This document shows, one piece after another, positions 1 to 11,050 of a stretch of DNA of 37,264 nt. The first letter of the stretch is position 1. The number at the start of each line of letters is the position of its first letter. This stretch comes from Octopus bimaculoides (lineage: Eukaryota). The DNA lies in NCBI RefSeq assembly GCF_001194135.2, contig NC_068985.1, positions 44,770,121 to 44,807,384 of the forward strand, written 5' to 3'. Position numbers and translations under genes: made by a program. The notes below the pieces were generated by a model. That model saw only the letters and a program-made list of their open reading frames with translations. It did no database searches and was not told the origin of the DNA.

Positions 1-30
<30 letters not shown>

Positions 31-35
<5 letters not shown>

Positions 36-168
36 TTGTGTGTCTGTGTTTGTCCCCCTCCCCCCAAACATCGCTTGACAACCGATGCTGGTGTGCTTAT
101 GTCCCCGTAACTTAGCGGTTCGGCAAAAGAGAACTATAGAATAAGTACTAGGCTTACAAAGAATAAGT
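31..168 (+). mobile_element. SINE family B, 3' half (after internal TG microsatellite)
   Basis: Homologous to the 3' halves of the copies at 628-1000 and 35690-35868 (GCTTGACAAC..GGTGT..CCCGTAAC.TA.CGGTTC.GCAAAAGAGA..ATAGAATAAGTA..AGGCTTACAAAGAATAAGT). Confidence 0.8.
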
Positions 169-627
169 TGTTGGTTTTAGTATCTCAAAGTATACAATTT
201 AGAAAGAAACTTACTGTTATACTAATGTGGGTGAGAAAAATGGCTATATTATCGTTAAATAACTACAGAAGGAACAATAACGTTGTTTGTCTTTCAGCTG
301 ATTGTCTTTCATGGCGACAACCACTGAAAAACAGAAGTGATGTTTTAAATGCTAGAAAAAAATTGCACATTGTAGCGTCAATAATATTAGATTACTTCCA
401 ATAATAATTGTTTTAAAGAGATCGCTAAGGAGATCGCTAACGATGTCACTAGAATTAATAGAAATAGCTGCCAAATGTTCCCCAAATCGTAGTTTACTGT
501 GTATATAAAGATTGGCTTGCAGACATATACTGTACGTATTTACCTCCTCTATTCTCTACACCTCTTAAAACATTGCTACGTGCGCGTGTGTTTAAACAAG
601 TATATATCATATATATAGATATGTACG

Positions 628-1000
628 ATAAGAAGCTTGTTTCCCAGTCACATGGTTCTGGGTTCAATCCTACTGCATGGTACGTTGGGCAAGTGTCTTC
701 TACTTCAGTTTCGAGCCGATCTAAGACTTGTGTGTTGATTTAGTAGACGGAGACTGAAAGAATATCTATATGTGTGTGTCTTTGTGTCTTTGCGTCTATC
801 CCCAACGACTGCTTGACAACTGGTGTTGGTATAGTTACGTTCCTATAACTTAGCAGTTGGGCAAAAGAGACAGATAAAATAAATACCAAGCTTTTAGAAA
901 ATAAGTACTGGTGTCGATTCATTCGACTAAAAATTCTTCAAAGTGATGCCCCAGCATGGCCGCAGTCTTATGACTGAAACAAGTAGAAGATAAAAAGATA
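628..1000 (+). mobile_element. tRNA-derived SINE family B, near full length
   Basis: B-box GGTTCAATCC at about 661-670; CORE-like TTGGGCAAGTGTCTTCT segment; internal TG tract; AAGATAAAAAGATA tail; homologous copies at 31-168, 9841-9965 and 35690-35868. Confidence 0.85.
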
Positions 1001-1187
1001 TATGTATGAGATAACGAACGAAACTTCTTTGTACGTACTATACATGTTAAAAATAGCAGCCAAATCATACTCTACCATCTTGTGTAAAATATTATCATAA
1101 TGGATAATATAGACCTAGATATAGCTAAAAGAAGCGATGAACACGGTTGGAAAGCCATAGAATCATAATCGCCCTGGGGCTCAGCAA

Positions 1188-1207
1188 GAAGAAGAAGAAG
1201 AAGAAAA

Positions 1208-1238
<31 letters not shown>

Positions 1239-1350
1239 AGAAGAAGAAGAAGAAGAAGAAGAAGAAGAAGAAGAAGAAGAAGAAGAAGAACAACAACAAC
1301 AACAACAACAACTACGACGACGACGACGACAACAACGACAGCAACAATAA
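1188..1350. repeat. Compound trinucleotide microsatellite (GAA)n-(CAA)n-(CGA)n
   Basis: Read directly; accounts for the poly-K/E/Q/F/S ORFs in the track. Confidence 0.97.
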
Positions 1351-1859
1351 CTACAAGAATAAGAACACCATATGATGGATAGAGAGCAATAAGACTTCTG
1401 GGACTTCGGAAGTAAGGGCAGATAACCATGCAATACTGTCTTTCGCCTTTCAATTGTGCTGATGGAAGATATGTATCTGTATGTCTGTTACAGCTTCGTA
1501 GACAATAGATGTGAGGAATAGCGGCGCCATTGGGAGAGAAACGAAAACCAAATAAAGTGAAAATAAAAAGAAATAAACAAACAAAACGAAAAAGAAAAAT
1601 GAGAGACAATAGGTTAGAGGAGTAAATACGGGATTTAACTTAGAAGTGAAGTTCTAGTGTGGAAGCAAATAAATATTGATGGTAACTGAGATGAATGTTA
1701 ATGAAACGCGACGAACAGTTAAGAGAAAAGGGAGTGAGGAATGGTCCGTCGACGACAAACACTGATGAAGGGAAAAAAAGAAATGAAAAAAAAATAGCGA
1801 ACAACATGAAATATAAATAAATATCTGTAGCTGACGAACATTTATCTGTATCATCTTCA

Positions 1860-1879
1860 GCATCACTGCCACGACGACG

Positions 1880-1920
<41 letters not shown>

Positions 1921-2405
1921 CACCACCACGATAACAACAACAACAACAACAGCGGTAGCAACAACAACGACAGCTACAACAACGAGAACAGCAACAAGAA
2001 CAAGAACAACAACGGCACCTTCCACAATGATCACCAGCACCAGCAGCACCACCACCACCACCACTACCTTCACCACCACTACCTTCACCACCACCACCTT
2101 CACCACCACTACCTTCACCACCATGAACGTCACCACTGCATCCACCACTATGACCGCCACCGCCACCGTCACCACTATCACCATCACTACACCACCACCA
2201 CTACACCACCACCACTACACCATCACCACTACACCACCATTACCACTACACCACCACCACTACACCATCAGCACTACACCACCACTACCACTACACCACC
2301 ACCACTACACCACCACCACTACANNNNNNNNNNCACCACCACCACTACACCACCACCACAACCACCACCACCAACACCACCACGATGATGATGATGATGA
2401 TAATA

Positions 2406-2436
<31 letters not shown>

Positions 2437-2437
2437 G

Positions 2438-2472
<35 letters not shown>

Positions 2473-2505
2473 CCATTATCACGCGCAGCAGCAACAGCAG
2501 CAGTA
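1860..2505. repeat. Long compound trinucleotide array (ACG/CAA/CAC/CAT/GAT) with 45-bp higher-order units
   Basis: Read directly; units 2221-2265 and 2266-2310 match at 43/45; there is a 10-N gap at 2324-2333. Confidence 0.93.
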
Positions 2506-2590
2506 ACAGCTGCAATGTTCCCCTTTGCAATCACTATCACTACTGAAGCTATAAACCTCAACATCGTACTCAAACTGCCATTACTGCATT

Positions 2591-2622
<32 letters not shown>

Positions 2623-3007
2623 AATGGTCACAGTCATCATCCCCATCATCGTTGACGTCTCGCATTTCCCCGTCGGCAGCGCTGGCAACGGTGTTACCTT
2701 GTCGTCACCGCGGCCACAACGAAGAAGATGATAGCAACTACGACGAGTACAAAGATGAAAAATTAAAAGTCTAGCCATATTACCCCTCTTCTAATGTTTT
2801 CAGTCTTGTTTTGCCCCACAGCTAATTATACATTTAACGTATAAAGGTACTCTTTTTCTATGCTACCGTTTCCTATCGTTGCCAAATTCGTGGCACCCTA
2901 TTTGTAACTTTACCCTAAACAATGAAGTGGGAAAAGAAAAACAGAGAGTTCTCTGGACTTTGTCTCAGCGAATAACTGATACCTATTACAAAATAGGTTT
3001 CATATTC

Positions 3008-3367
3008 TTTTCTAATCTAAACACAAGGCCCGAAATTTTTGGGGAGGGGGCTAGTGGATTAGATCGACCCCAGTACGCAACTGGTACTTAATTTATTGAC
3101 CCTGAAAGGATAAAAGGCAAAGTCAACATCGGCGGAATTTGAACTCAGAACGTAAAGACAGACAAAATACCGCTAAGCATTTCACCCAGTCTGCTAATGT
3201 TTCTTATTTCTTTACTGCCCACAAGGGGCTACACACAGAGAGAGCAAACAAGGACAGACAAACGGATTAAGTCGATTATATCGACCCCAGTGCGTAACTG
3301 GTACTTATTTAATCGACCCCGAAAGGATGAAAGGCAGTGTGCTAATGTTTCTGCCAGTTCGCCGCCT
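3008..3367 (-). mobile_element. tRNA-derived SINE family A (host copy, interrupted by a nested copy)
   Basis: Reverse complement of the GGCGGCGAACTGGCAGAAAC head (3350-3367) and of the GAGTTCAAATTCC B-box (about 3135-3148); the body matches the other family A copies. Confidence 0.9.
3205..3336 (-). mobile_element. 5'-truncated SINE A variant nested in the host SINE, with target-site duplication
   Basis: Flanked by GT(C/G)TGCTAATGTTTCT at 3189-3204 and 3337-3352; carries a different 3' tail. Confidence 0.85.
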
Positions 3368-3649
3368 TAATAATAAATTTTATATTACAAGAGGTCTGTC
3401 ACGGCAAATATACAGCATAATAATGTATAAGTATCATCGATACTACAATGAAAAATTTAGGCAACCCCAGTCGGATGGTTGAGAAACACTTTTTCATGTC
3501 ACTCGGTTTGTAGCTGTTATTTTTTTACTTTTTATAATTCTTGAGGTTAAGAATCTGTGATGTGAGATCCAAAGAGTGGCTGAGAACTGGAAGAAATTAA
3601 TGGTTGCTTCTTTGACAAATACGTGTATTTATTATTTATGAGTTTTAAT

Positions 3650-3869
3650 GGCGGCGAAGAGACAGAATCATTAGAACGCCGGGCAAAACGCTTCGCAATA
3701 TGTCGTTGTCCTTACGTTCTGAGTTCAAATTCTGCCGAGGCCGACTTTGCCTTTCATCCTTTCGGAGTCGAGAAAAATAAATAGCAGTTAAATACTGAGG
3801 TCGATGTAATCGACTTACCTCTTTCACCAAACTCATTGCCTTTGTGCCAAAATTTGAAACCATTATTAA
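3650..3869 (+). mobile_element. SINE family A
   Basis: GGCGGCGA head, TTCTGAGTTCAAATTC B-box, GTCGATGTAATCGAC hairpin, TTTGTGCCAAAATTTGAAACC tail. Confidence 0.9.
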
Positions 3870-3908
3870 CGAAGATCTAGAAATTGTCAAAGGAGACTAC
3901 AATACGTT

Positions 3909-4261
3909 TCACTCTCGAGCTTGCTGAGTCCTCTCATCAGTGGTGGAAATTGGAAATCGACTCATACACACTTCTACGCAGTAGTGCACTGTGCTAAAAG
4001 CCTCCGATGAATTACAGCACCTGACACAACTTTCGGCCAGAAAAATCGGATCATTGCTCTTTGTTCTTCTTTGGTGCACCTTGTTAATGGAGCGGCCATG
4101 CTTACACTGTAAAGCCAGAAAGAAAAATAGCGCGATCGGGCTCAAACTTCGATCACATGCCACAGTAGTAACAACTATAAGTACGCATGCGCAGAAGGCA
4201 GTGTGAGAATGATAAAGATATGTTATGACGAAAGTGCGGATAATGTTGACTTAACTTCGTA
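3909..4261 (-). mobile_element. Mariner DNA transposon, 5' fragment
   Basis: The minus strand from the ATG at 4099 reads MAAPLTRCTKEEQRAMIRFFWPKVVSGAVIHRRL (mariner N-terminal HTH region); TIR-like end GAAAGTGCGGATAAT...TTCG plus TA at 4260-4261; homologous to 5330-5713. Confidence 0.85.
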
Positions 4262-4294
4262 TATTTACATACATCCATATACATATACACACGT

Positions 4295-4454
4295 ATGTAT
4301 GTACGTAGGCACGCATGTATGTATGTATGTATGTATATATGTATGTATATATGTATGTATGTATGTATGTATGCATGTATGTATGTATGTATGTATGTAT
4401 GTATGTATGTATGTATGTATGTATGTATCTATCTATCTATCTATCTATCTATCT
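4295..4454. repeat. (TATG)n-(TATC)n microsatellite
   Basis: Read directly. Confidence 0.97.
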
Positions 4455-4457
4455 AAA

Positions 4458-5715
4458 TATGAGGGTGATCCAAAAATTGTGAGCACTCTCGTTTCTGTAA
4501 TTTATTAAAACAAAAGCAAGTGTTGAACAAGTACTTCATTTTGCGACATAGTCTCTGCTTTTCCACAAATTTCATCCATCAGTGTACAAGCTTGCTTATT
4601 CCATCGGTGGAGAAAGTTTCCGGTTTGTTGCCCAGCCATTCATACTGCTTCCTGCTGCAAATCGACAACGTCGTAAAGGATGTTTTGGCGGTCCAAAGGT
4701 GATAGTAGTAAGGAGCGAAATCTGGACTGTAAGCAGGCTGTTCAAGCAACTCTAGACCAAATCTTTTCAATGGTTTCAACGTTGTTGGCGGCTGTATGTA
4801 GGCGTACATTGTCATGCAACAATGACTCCTGCTTTGACAACAGATCTTGGTATTTGGTACGAATCGTTGGCTTCAGTTTGTTAGCCAGACTCCCTTTCCA
4901 TGTTTTGTTCCATTACAGGCCCTTTTGTGACCCGCAAAACGGTTACCATCACTTTCTGCGGAAGATTGAGTTTTGAATTACCTTTTTCTTGACAATTCCG
5001 GTGTTTCCATGCCATACACTCCCTTTTGGATTCCGGCTCAAAGTGATAGACCCAAGTCTCATCTCCTGCGATTTTTCTTCAAAAAAGCTTTGCCTTCATT
5101 TCGTGGTTGAGTAAGCGTTGACAGATCTCCACACGATTGCGTTTGTGGGTTTCGGTGAGCTCTCTAAGCACCCATCTCGCACAGACTTTACGGAAGCGAA
5201 GTCTGTCGTAGATTATTTCGTACGCAGAATCATGACTAATTTGCATAGAACATGCCACCTCAACTACGTTCTGTTCGCCAGAACCATCTCTCGAGAACCA
5301 TCTGTTGAATCTTCACGTCAGTGGTGGATGTTGATGGGTGCCCTTGCTCCCTCTTCGTGCTTCACGCTTGTCCTGCTACTTTTTAAATTTCCCGATGCAC
5401 TCATACACACTTCTACGCGGTACAATGCTGTCTCCGTATTGTACTGAAAATCTGCGATGAATTTCAACTCTTCACACACGTTCAGAACAGAGAAATCGGA
5501 TAACTGCTCTCTGTTCTTCCTTGGTAGCACGATGCTAACGGAACGGCCACACTTACTCCGTAACATGAAAAAAAGAAACCTGGAGCGATCAAGGTCAAAC
5601 CTCAATTATGTAACCTCCAGAATATCACCTTATACTATGATTGCCCTGAAGGCAGTGCGGCCAAACTAAAGAAAGTTTTGGTGAAAGTGCAGATAATTCT
5701 TGGCATCCTCTGGTA
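4458..5715 (-). mobile_element. Near full-length (about 1.25 kb) decayed mariner element with degenerate TIRs and TA target-site duplications
   Basis: Left end TA-TGAGGGTGATCCAAAAATT..GCACTCTC; right end GAAAGTGCAGATAATTCTTGGCATCCTCTGG-TA; transposase motifs on the minus strand. Confidence 0.92.
4536..5550 (-). pseudogene. Mariner (DD34D-type) transposase relic with frameshifts and stops
   Basis: KEEQRAVIRFL; WVLREL (WVPHEL-like, about 5156-5173); GDETWVYHFEPESK (GDETW at about 5052-5066); HDNVRLHTA; QPAYSPDFAPYYYHL, in which the third catalytic Asp appears mutated; C-terminal DYVAK*. Confidence 0.9.
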
Positions 5716-6098
5716 TGTATGATAATGTATCGATAGACAGATAGCGGATAGGTAATTCCTGTAGATAAACAACGAACAATGAACATATAAAGTGCTTGGT
5801 TTAAATATTAATGTTCTGTTAAAAGTAACGAGTCAAAATGAATTTTGTCTAACTCATTGATTTAATGAATCACATACGCATTACATTCGTACACACACAT
5901 ACCCTAGAGTGCGCAGATATCATTGCGATAGGACGTTTCTAATTAGTATTTATCACCTCCAGCGCTACGAATAGAAGATAAAAAACATGTAAGTAAATAA
6001 TGTGAGAAAGTAGTGTAGCATAGATGCAGAGAGATTTGGATTGAAACCATAGCACGCAGACAGGTCATCCATGTACAATGGAGATACCACCTACAGCT

Positions 6099-6136
<38 letters not shown>

Positions 6137-6295
6137 NNNNNNNNNNTATATATACACTCACACACATGCACACATACACGTGTACACGCGAATACACATC
6201 CACACAGACATATACTTGTAAGTATGAGAGTGTGTGACTAGCAACATCAATTTATTCTGTCAATCATTTCTTATCTGTCACCACACACAAAAAAA

Positions 6296-6340
<45 letters not shown>

Positions 6341-6603
6341 ACACACGCGCACACACATTAAAATATAAAAGATGCAAAAAAATGGGCAAAAGAAAAAAAG
6401 ATAGGAAAGGTGAGTTTAAACGAACAATAAGACCTACATGTGTATGTGTGTGTGTATGCGTTTGTGTGCATGTGTGTGCATGCGTGTGTGTGCATGCGTA
6501 TGGTGTGTATGTGTATGTATGTGTGTATTAACTTAGAACTTTGAACGCCTCTCGTACTTTTGTTGTATTTGTCCTTATTTGTATTTGTTTTGGTTTTAGC
6601 TTC

Positions 6604-6644
<41 letters not shown>

Positions 6645-7944
6645 ACTTATATTACATATATACGTACAAAAAATTATATGCATGTGTATATGTACATATT
6701 TATGTATTTATATATGTACGTATGTCACCGATACGAAGATATAAGGGGGAAAATTAGCCAATAATAAATAAAGAAATGCACTAAATAAATAGAATAAACT
6801 AGAAAATAAATAAGAATTGGATCCAGGCGGTATTTAGTTCTTTGACAGAAAGGTGATGAGTTCCAGAATGGTTTTTGCAAGATTCGGAATTTTGCCATTA
6901 GTTGTTTGTTGGCAATTCTTACGCAGTGAGCCGTTTCTTGGAGTTGTCAAATTTACTAACCGTCTATGTCCAAGCAAGTATTATATTACATTGCTTGAGG
7001 GGTGAACAGATTCGGGTCGGTGTGAAAATAAAGCGATTCCGTTAGTAGCCCAAAGGAGAGAGACAATAAAGACAGCCACCATCATATTAGAAAGAAGAGA
7101 TCTTAGATTAACGACAATCTTGCCACAAATTCTTTGCTCGCTTAAGAGGGGTATTATATTTATCTTATTTTAATCTCGTATATGTGTGTAGGACGGAGAA
7201 AGAAAGAAAGGNNNNNNNNNNNNNNNNNNNNNNNNNNNNNNNNNNNNNNNNNNNNNNNNNNNNNNNNNNNNNNNNNNNNNNNNNNNNNNNNNNNNNNNNN
7301 NNNNNNNNNNNNNNNNNNNNNNNNNNNNNNNNNNNNNNNNNNNNNNNNNNNNNNNNNNNNNNNNNNNNNNNNNNNNNNNNNNNNNNNNNNNNNNNNNNNN
7401 NNNNNNNNNNNNNNNNNNNNNNNNNNNNNNNNNNNNNNNNNNNNNNNNNNNNNNNNNNNNNNNNNNNNNNNNNNNNNNNNNNNNNNNNNNNNNNNNNNNN
7501 NNNNNNNNNNNNNNNNNNNNNNNNNNNNNNNNNNNNNNNNNNNNNNNNNNNNNNNNNNNNNNNNNNNNNNNNNNNNNNNNNNNNNNNNNNNNNNNNNNNN
7601 NNNNNNNNNNNNNNNNNNNNNNNNNNNNNNNNNNNNNNNNNNNNNNNNNNNNNNNNNNNNNNNNNNNNNNNNNNNNNNNNNNNNNNNNNNNNNNNNNNNN
7701 NNNNNNNNNNNNNNNNNNNNNNNNNNNNNNNNNNNNNNNNNNNNNNNNNNNNNNNNNGTGGCAGAGGGTTGGTTTTGATAGGAAAAAAATTGTCTTGGAA
7801 TCTACTGGAGATAATCTTAGGTTTAAATAAAAAGGAAAAACAAAATCTAGTCGATATAGAAGAAGAAACAAAAATACCTACGTGGAGAAAATATATGAAG
7901 TGGACAAAAAATAAGAAATGAAAGAAAAAGAAGTAGCAGCAGGA

Positions 7945-8037
7945 GAAGAAGAAGAAGAAGAAGAGAGAGAGAGAGAGAAGAAGAAGAAGAAGAAGAAGAA
8001 GAAGAAGAAGAAGAAGAAGAAGAAGAAGAAGAAGAAG
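7945..8037. repeat. (GAA)n/(GA)n microsatellite
   Basis: Read directly. Confidence 0.95.
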
Positions 8038-8480
8038 GACGCAGACGAAAAGAGGAAGAGAAAAATCCGAGTACAACTAAACTATGACAACTAGGACAAC
8101 AGCAAAAACAACAATAGCAGAAAAATATCAGGTGATGACATGAGCCAACAAAATAAATAAATAATATAATATAATAGATAAATATATATAAAAAAAATCA
8201 ATAACGAATGCAGGGGGAGAAAAAAATAGGTGGAGAAAAAAAAAACAAAAAAAAAAAACGAAAACGGTAAAGCAAAAGGATGAACCAATAAAAAATGCGT
8301 TAACATATTTAGTTCTGGCCTAGAAAAAGTGTCTTGTCTAAAACAGTAAGGTTTGCGGGAAGGGGTTCTGGATATTCCAGACATGGGTCACAAGTAAAGT
8401 ATATTCATTAAGCGTATCATTCAATTTAACAGTACATACGAATATACATACACACGTGTTTGTGTTTGTACGCACACACA

Positions 8481-8518
<38 letters not shown>

Positions 8519-8811
8519 TATGCACACAGAAGTATGCGCACACGGACATTCAGACATGTATACGTAAATACAAAACTATTCGCGCGCGCACATACGCACA
8601 CGTGTACCTGTGTGTGTATGTGTGTATATATATATATATATATCGATATATTTGTGTATGTGCTTGTTGAGCATGTATGTTTTTATGGGTCTATTTGTGT
8701 TTGTGTATGCACATGCGACCTTAAGATTTATATGCGTAAGTTTATCTTTCTATATAGCTATGTCTATCTCTCCGTCTAACAGTCTATCTGTCAGTAGTTT
8801 ACCCGTAAGTA

Positions 8812-9021
8812 ATTAAGGTCTCTATAGAAAGCCGGGTAAAATGCTTAGAGACATTTCGTCTATCTTTAAGTTCTGAGTTAAAATGTCGTCGGGATCAACT
8901 TTGCCCTTCATCTTTTCGGAGTCGATAAAATAAGTATTAGGTGAACACTGGGATAGATGTAATCGACTTAGCCCCTCTCCCGAAACTTCTGGCCTTGTGC
9001 TAAAATTTGAAACCAATATTA
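8812..9021 (+). mobile_element. SINE family A (head degraded)
   Basis: Body and CCTTGTGCTAAAATTTGAAACCAATATT tail match the other copies. Confidence 0.85.
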
Positions 9022-9036
9022 TGTAGTATCAATTAG

Positions 9037-9234
9037 GGCGGTGAACAGGCAGAATTGTTGTTAGCACTCCGGATGAAATGCTTAGCGGCAATTCGTCGAT
9101 TTTTACATTCTGAGTTCAAATTCTGCCGAAGTTGATTTCGTCTTTCATCCTTTCAGGGAACACGGGTCGATGTAATCGACTTAGCCCTTCTCCCGAAATT
9201 GCTGGCATTGTGCCAAAATTTTAAACCAATATTA
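9037..9234 (+). mobile_element. SINE family A (second unit of a tandem pair, with internal deletion)
   Basis: GGCGGTGAACAGGCAGAA head, GAGTTCAAATTC B-box, and the same tail as the preceding copy. Confidence 0.88.
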
Positions 9235-9589
9235 CTTAGTACAACTTATCTAGCGTTATATGTTTTAGAAAATTTTACAACATAAAAATTTTGTCAGTCA
9301 ACTCGGTATTTCAACTCAGAATGATCGTGCATCTAACGTACATGTGGAAAGCTGGGCAATATTTCTCGAGGACGTCTAGTATTTGCTCATGGATACAACC
9401 CTCAACATCTCCATGACACCAATGTTATCTAAGGGAAAAGCCACCGATTTGAATGGAGACAATTTGGTACAGCTGATGCCATAGGCGTTACTGTCAGAAT
9501 ATAAAGAAGTAGAACAAATACTGTAAATTTCCTCATCCGATTCTCTAACACTCCTGTTAATTCACTGCTCTAGGATGGAATATTTTCAA

Positions 9590-9700
9590 TTTCGAAAGAA
9601 TGAAAGGTGAGAAATTAACCTCGTTGGTATTTCAACTCAGAATGCAGAGAGTCGAGACAAATACAAGTTATTCTATCGAACATTTTAACGACTCTGCCGT
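9590..9700 (-). mobile_element. Degenerate SINE A fragment
   Basis: GAAAGAATGAAAGG..ACCTCG..TTCAACTCAGAA..AACGACTCTGCC resembles the reverse complement of family A. Confidence 0.55.
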
Positions 9701-9840
9701 TGTATATATGCAAACATGTATTCATTTATACAATAGATATATATGCACATACACCTATATATATATACATGTATATCCTATATATATGTATATCCTATAT
9801 ACATGTACATGCAGACGTACATACGTAAATATCTATTGGG

Positions 9841-9965
9841 TTGAGTTTCGGTCTACCAAATCCACTCACAAGGCTTTGGTCGACCCGAGGCTATAGTAGA
9901 AGACATTTACACACGGCGCCATATAGAGGGCAGCAAGCTTCTTACCACACAGCCACGCCTGCGCC
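9841..9965 (-). mobile_element. SINE family B, 5' half with internal deletion
   Basis: The reverse complement begins GGCGCAGGCGTGGCTGTGTGGTAAGAAGCTTGC (A-box) and continues TGTCTTCTACTATAGCCTCGGGTCGACCAAAGCCTTGTGAGTGGATTTGGTAGAC, matching 628-760. Confidence 0.85.
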
Positions 9966-10094
9966 TATCTGAATTAAAAATATACATGTTGCGTCTCACC
10001 ACGCGCCCAAACACACATGATACCACCATAAACATGCAGATGCTGTTGCAATGAATCCGTCTTAACATTTTGCACACAGGCATAGACACACGAC

Positions 10095-10146
10095 TTAAGT
10101 TCTTCTTCTGAAGAGGACAATTCCGAACCACTAAGGTCCGAATAGA
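10095..10146. repeat. 52-bp direct repeat, copy 1 (copy 2 at 10850-10901)
   Basis: TTAAGTTC(T/C)TCTTCTGAAGAGGACAATTC(C/A)GAACCACTAAGGT(C/T)CGAATAGA; 49/52 identical. Confidence 0.95.
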
Positions 10147-11050
10147 CTTGTTTTATTTTTTATAGGGCAGTGTACCCTAATGTGGCCCTTCTGGCCACAT
10201 TTAAAACAACGAGAGAATCTTCCCTCCACCCACACTCTCAGAATCGTATCTCCGTCCGTCACCGTCTCCCCCAGTTCTTCCAGGGTTTCCATTTCGGCTT
10301 GGACAATAAGGTCTAACGTCTTTCCTTTCTACATCGTCCCTTCTGTGGCTTGGAGGACGGCTATTTCCTCCTTTCCTTACTACCAAGAAGGACAGCCGCC
10401 GCAATCCAAGTCACATCTATGTCCGGCTGGATTCTTTCTACCCTAATCTTGGAAGTCCTTCTTCCAAGATAAGTGGGTAGAAGGACCACTTCATCTGTTT
10501 TCATGTAGTTGTGGCTCCTTTTCTTGCTATTCCTTCAGTCTTAAAATGGACCACAATTGTTCCATATTTATTGCCTCTTGCCAGATATGTTATACCTTGC
10601 CACACCGTACTTAATGCCTTCTCTATTTCTCCTTTCTTTCACAGAATATACCTTATAAACTAAGGTCTTCCTGTTCATTTCCTCCAATATTTTCTGGGGT
10701 GGTGACAACTTAATGTCACCCCCCCACTCTGTGTGCCATTCTTCCATCCTTTTTCTATATTCGACAAGTCGACCTCTTTTCTTTTTTCCTCCGTCACCTT
10801 CGCGAAACTCTTTCTTCCTAATTTTTTATCCATCACATCTACAGCCATTTTAAGTTCCTCTTCTGAAGAGGACAATTCAGAACCACTAAGGTTCGAATAG
10901 AACATTTTCTTTGCCATTGTCATGGCTAACTCACTTTAAAAGCGGAGAGAAAGCACCACCAGAAAACCACTGCAAAGCAGCACAAAACAGCACAAATTTT
11001 TCTTATACACAGCAAATAACAGTAAACTCGTACTAAGAAGAACGACACGA
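10095..11050 (-). mobile_element. Non-LTR retrotransposon ORF1 (gag-like) relic with CCHC zinc knuckle and probable 5' UTR
   Basis: The minus strand from the ATG at 10923 reads MTMAKKMFYSNLSGSELSSSEEELK..., then across frameshifts PTYLGRRTSKIRVERIQPDIDVTWIAAAVLL and TILRVWVEGRFSR-CFKCGQKGHIRVHC (C-X2-C-X4-H-X4-C at 10167-10208). The 5' boundary is approximate. Confidence 0.8.

Noticed and set aside
1425-1510. Cys-containing peptide QYCLSPFNCADGRYV resembling an LDLa or EGF module
   Set aside because: The Cys spacing and acidic motif do not fit, and there are no convincing splice sites.
3907-3935. CTGATGA..GAGA hammerhead-like motif on the minus strand
   Set aside because: It is mariner coding sequence, with no GAAA and no stem I or stem III.
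10108-10137. Hammerhead-like CTGAAGA-GGACAATTCC-GAA-CC..GGTC within the 52-bp repeat (+ strand)
   Set aside because: It lacks the essential A15.1 (GAAC rather than GAAA), stem I is poor, stem II is broken in copy 2, and the motif is explained by antisense Ser/Glu codons of ORF1.
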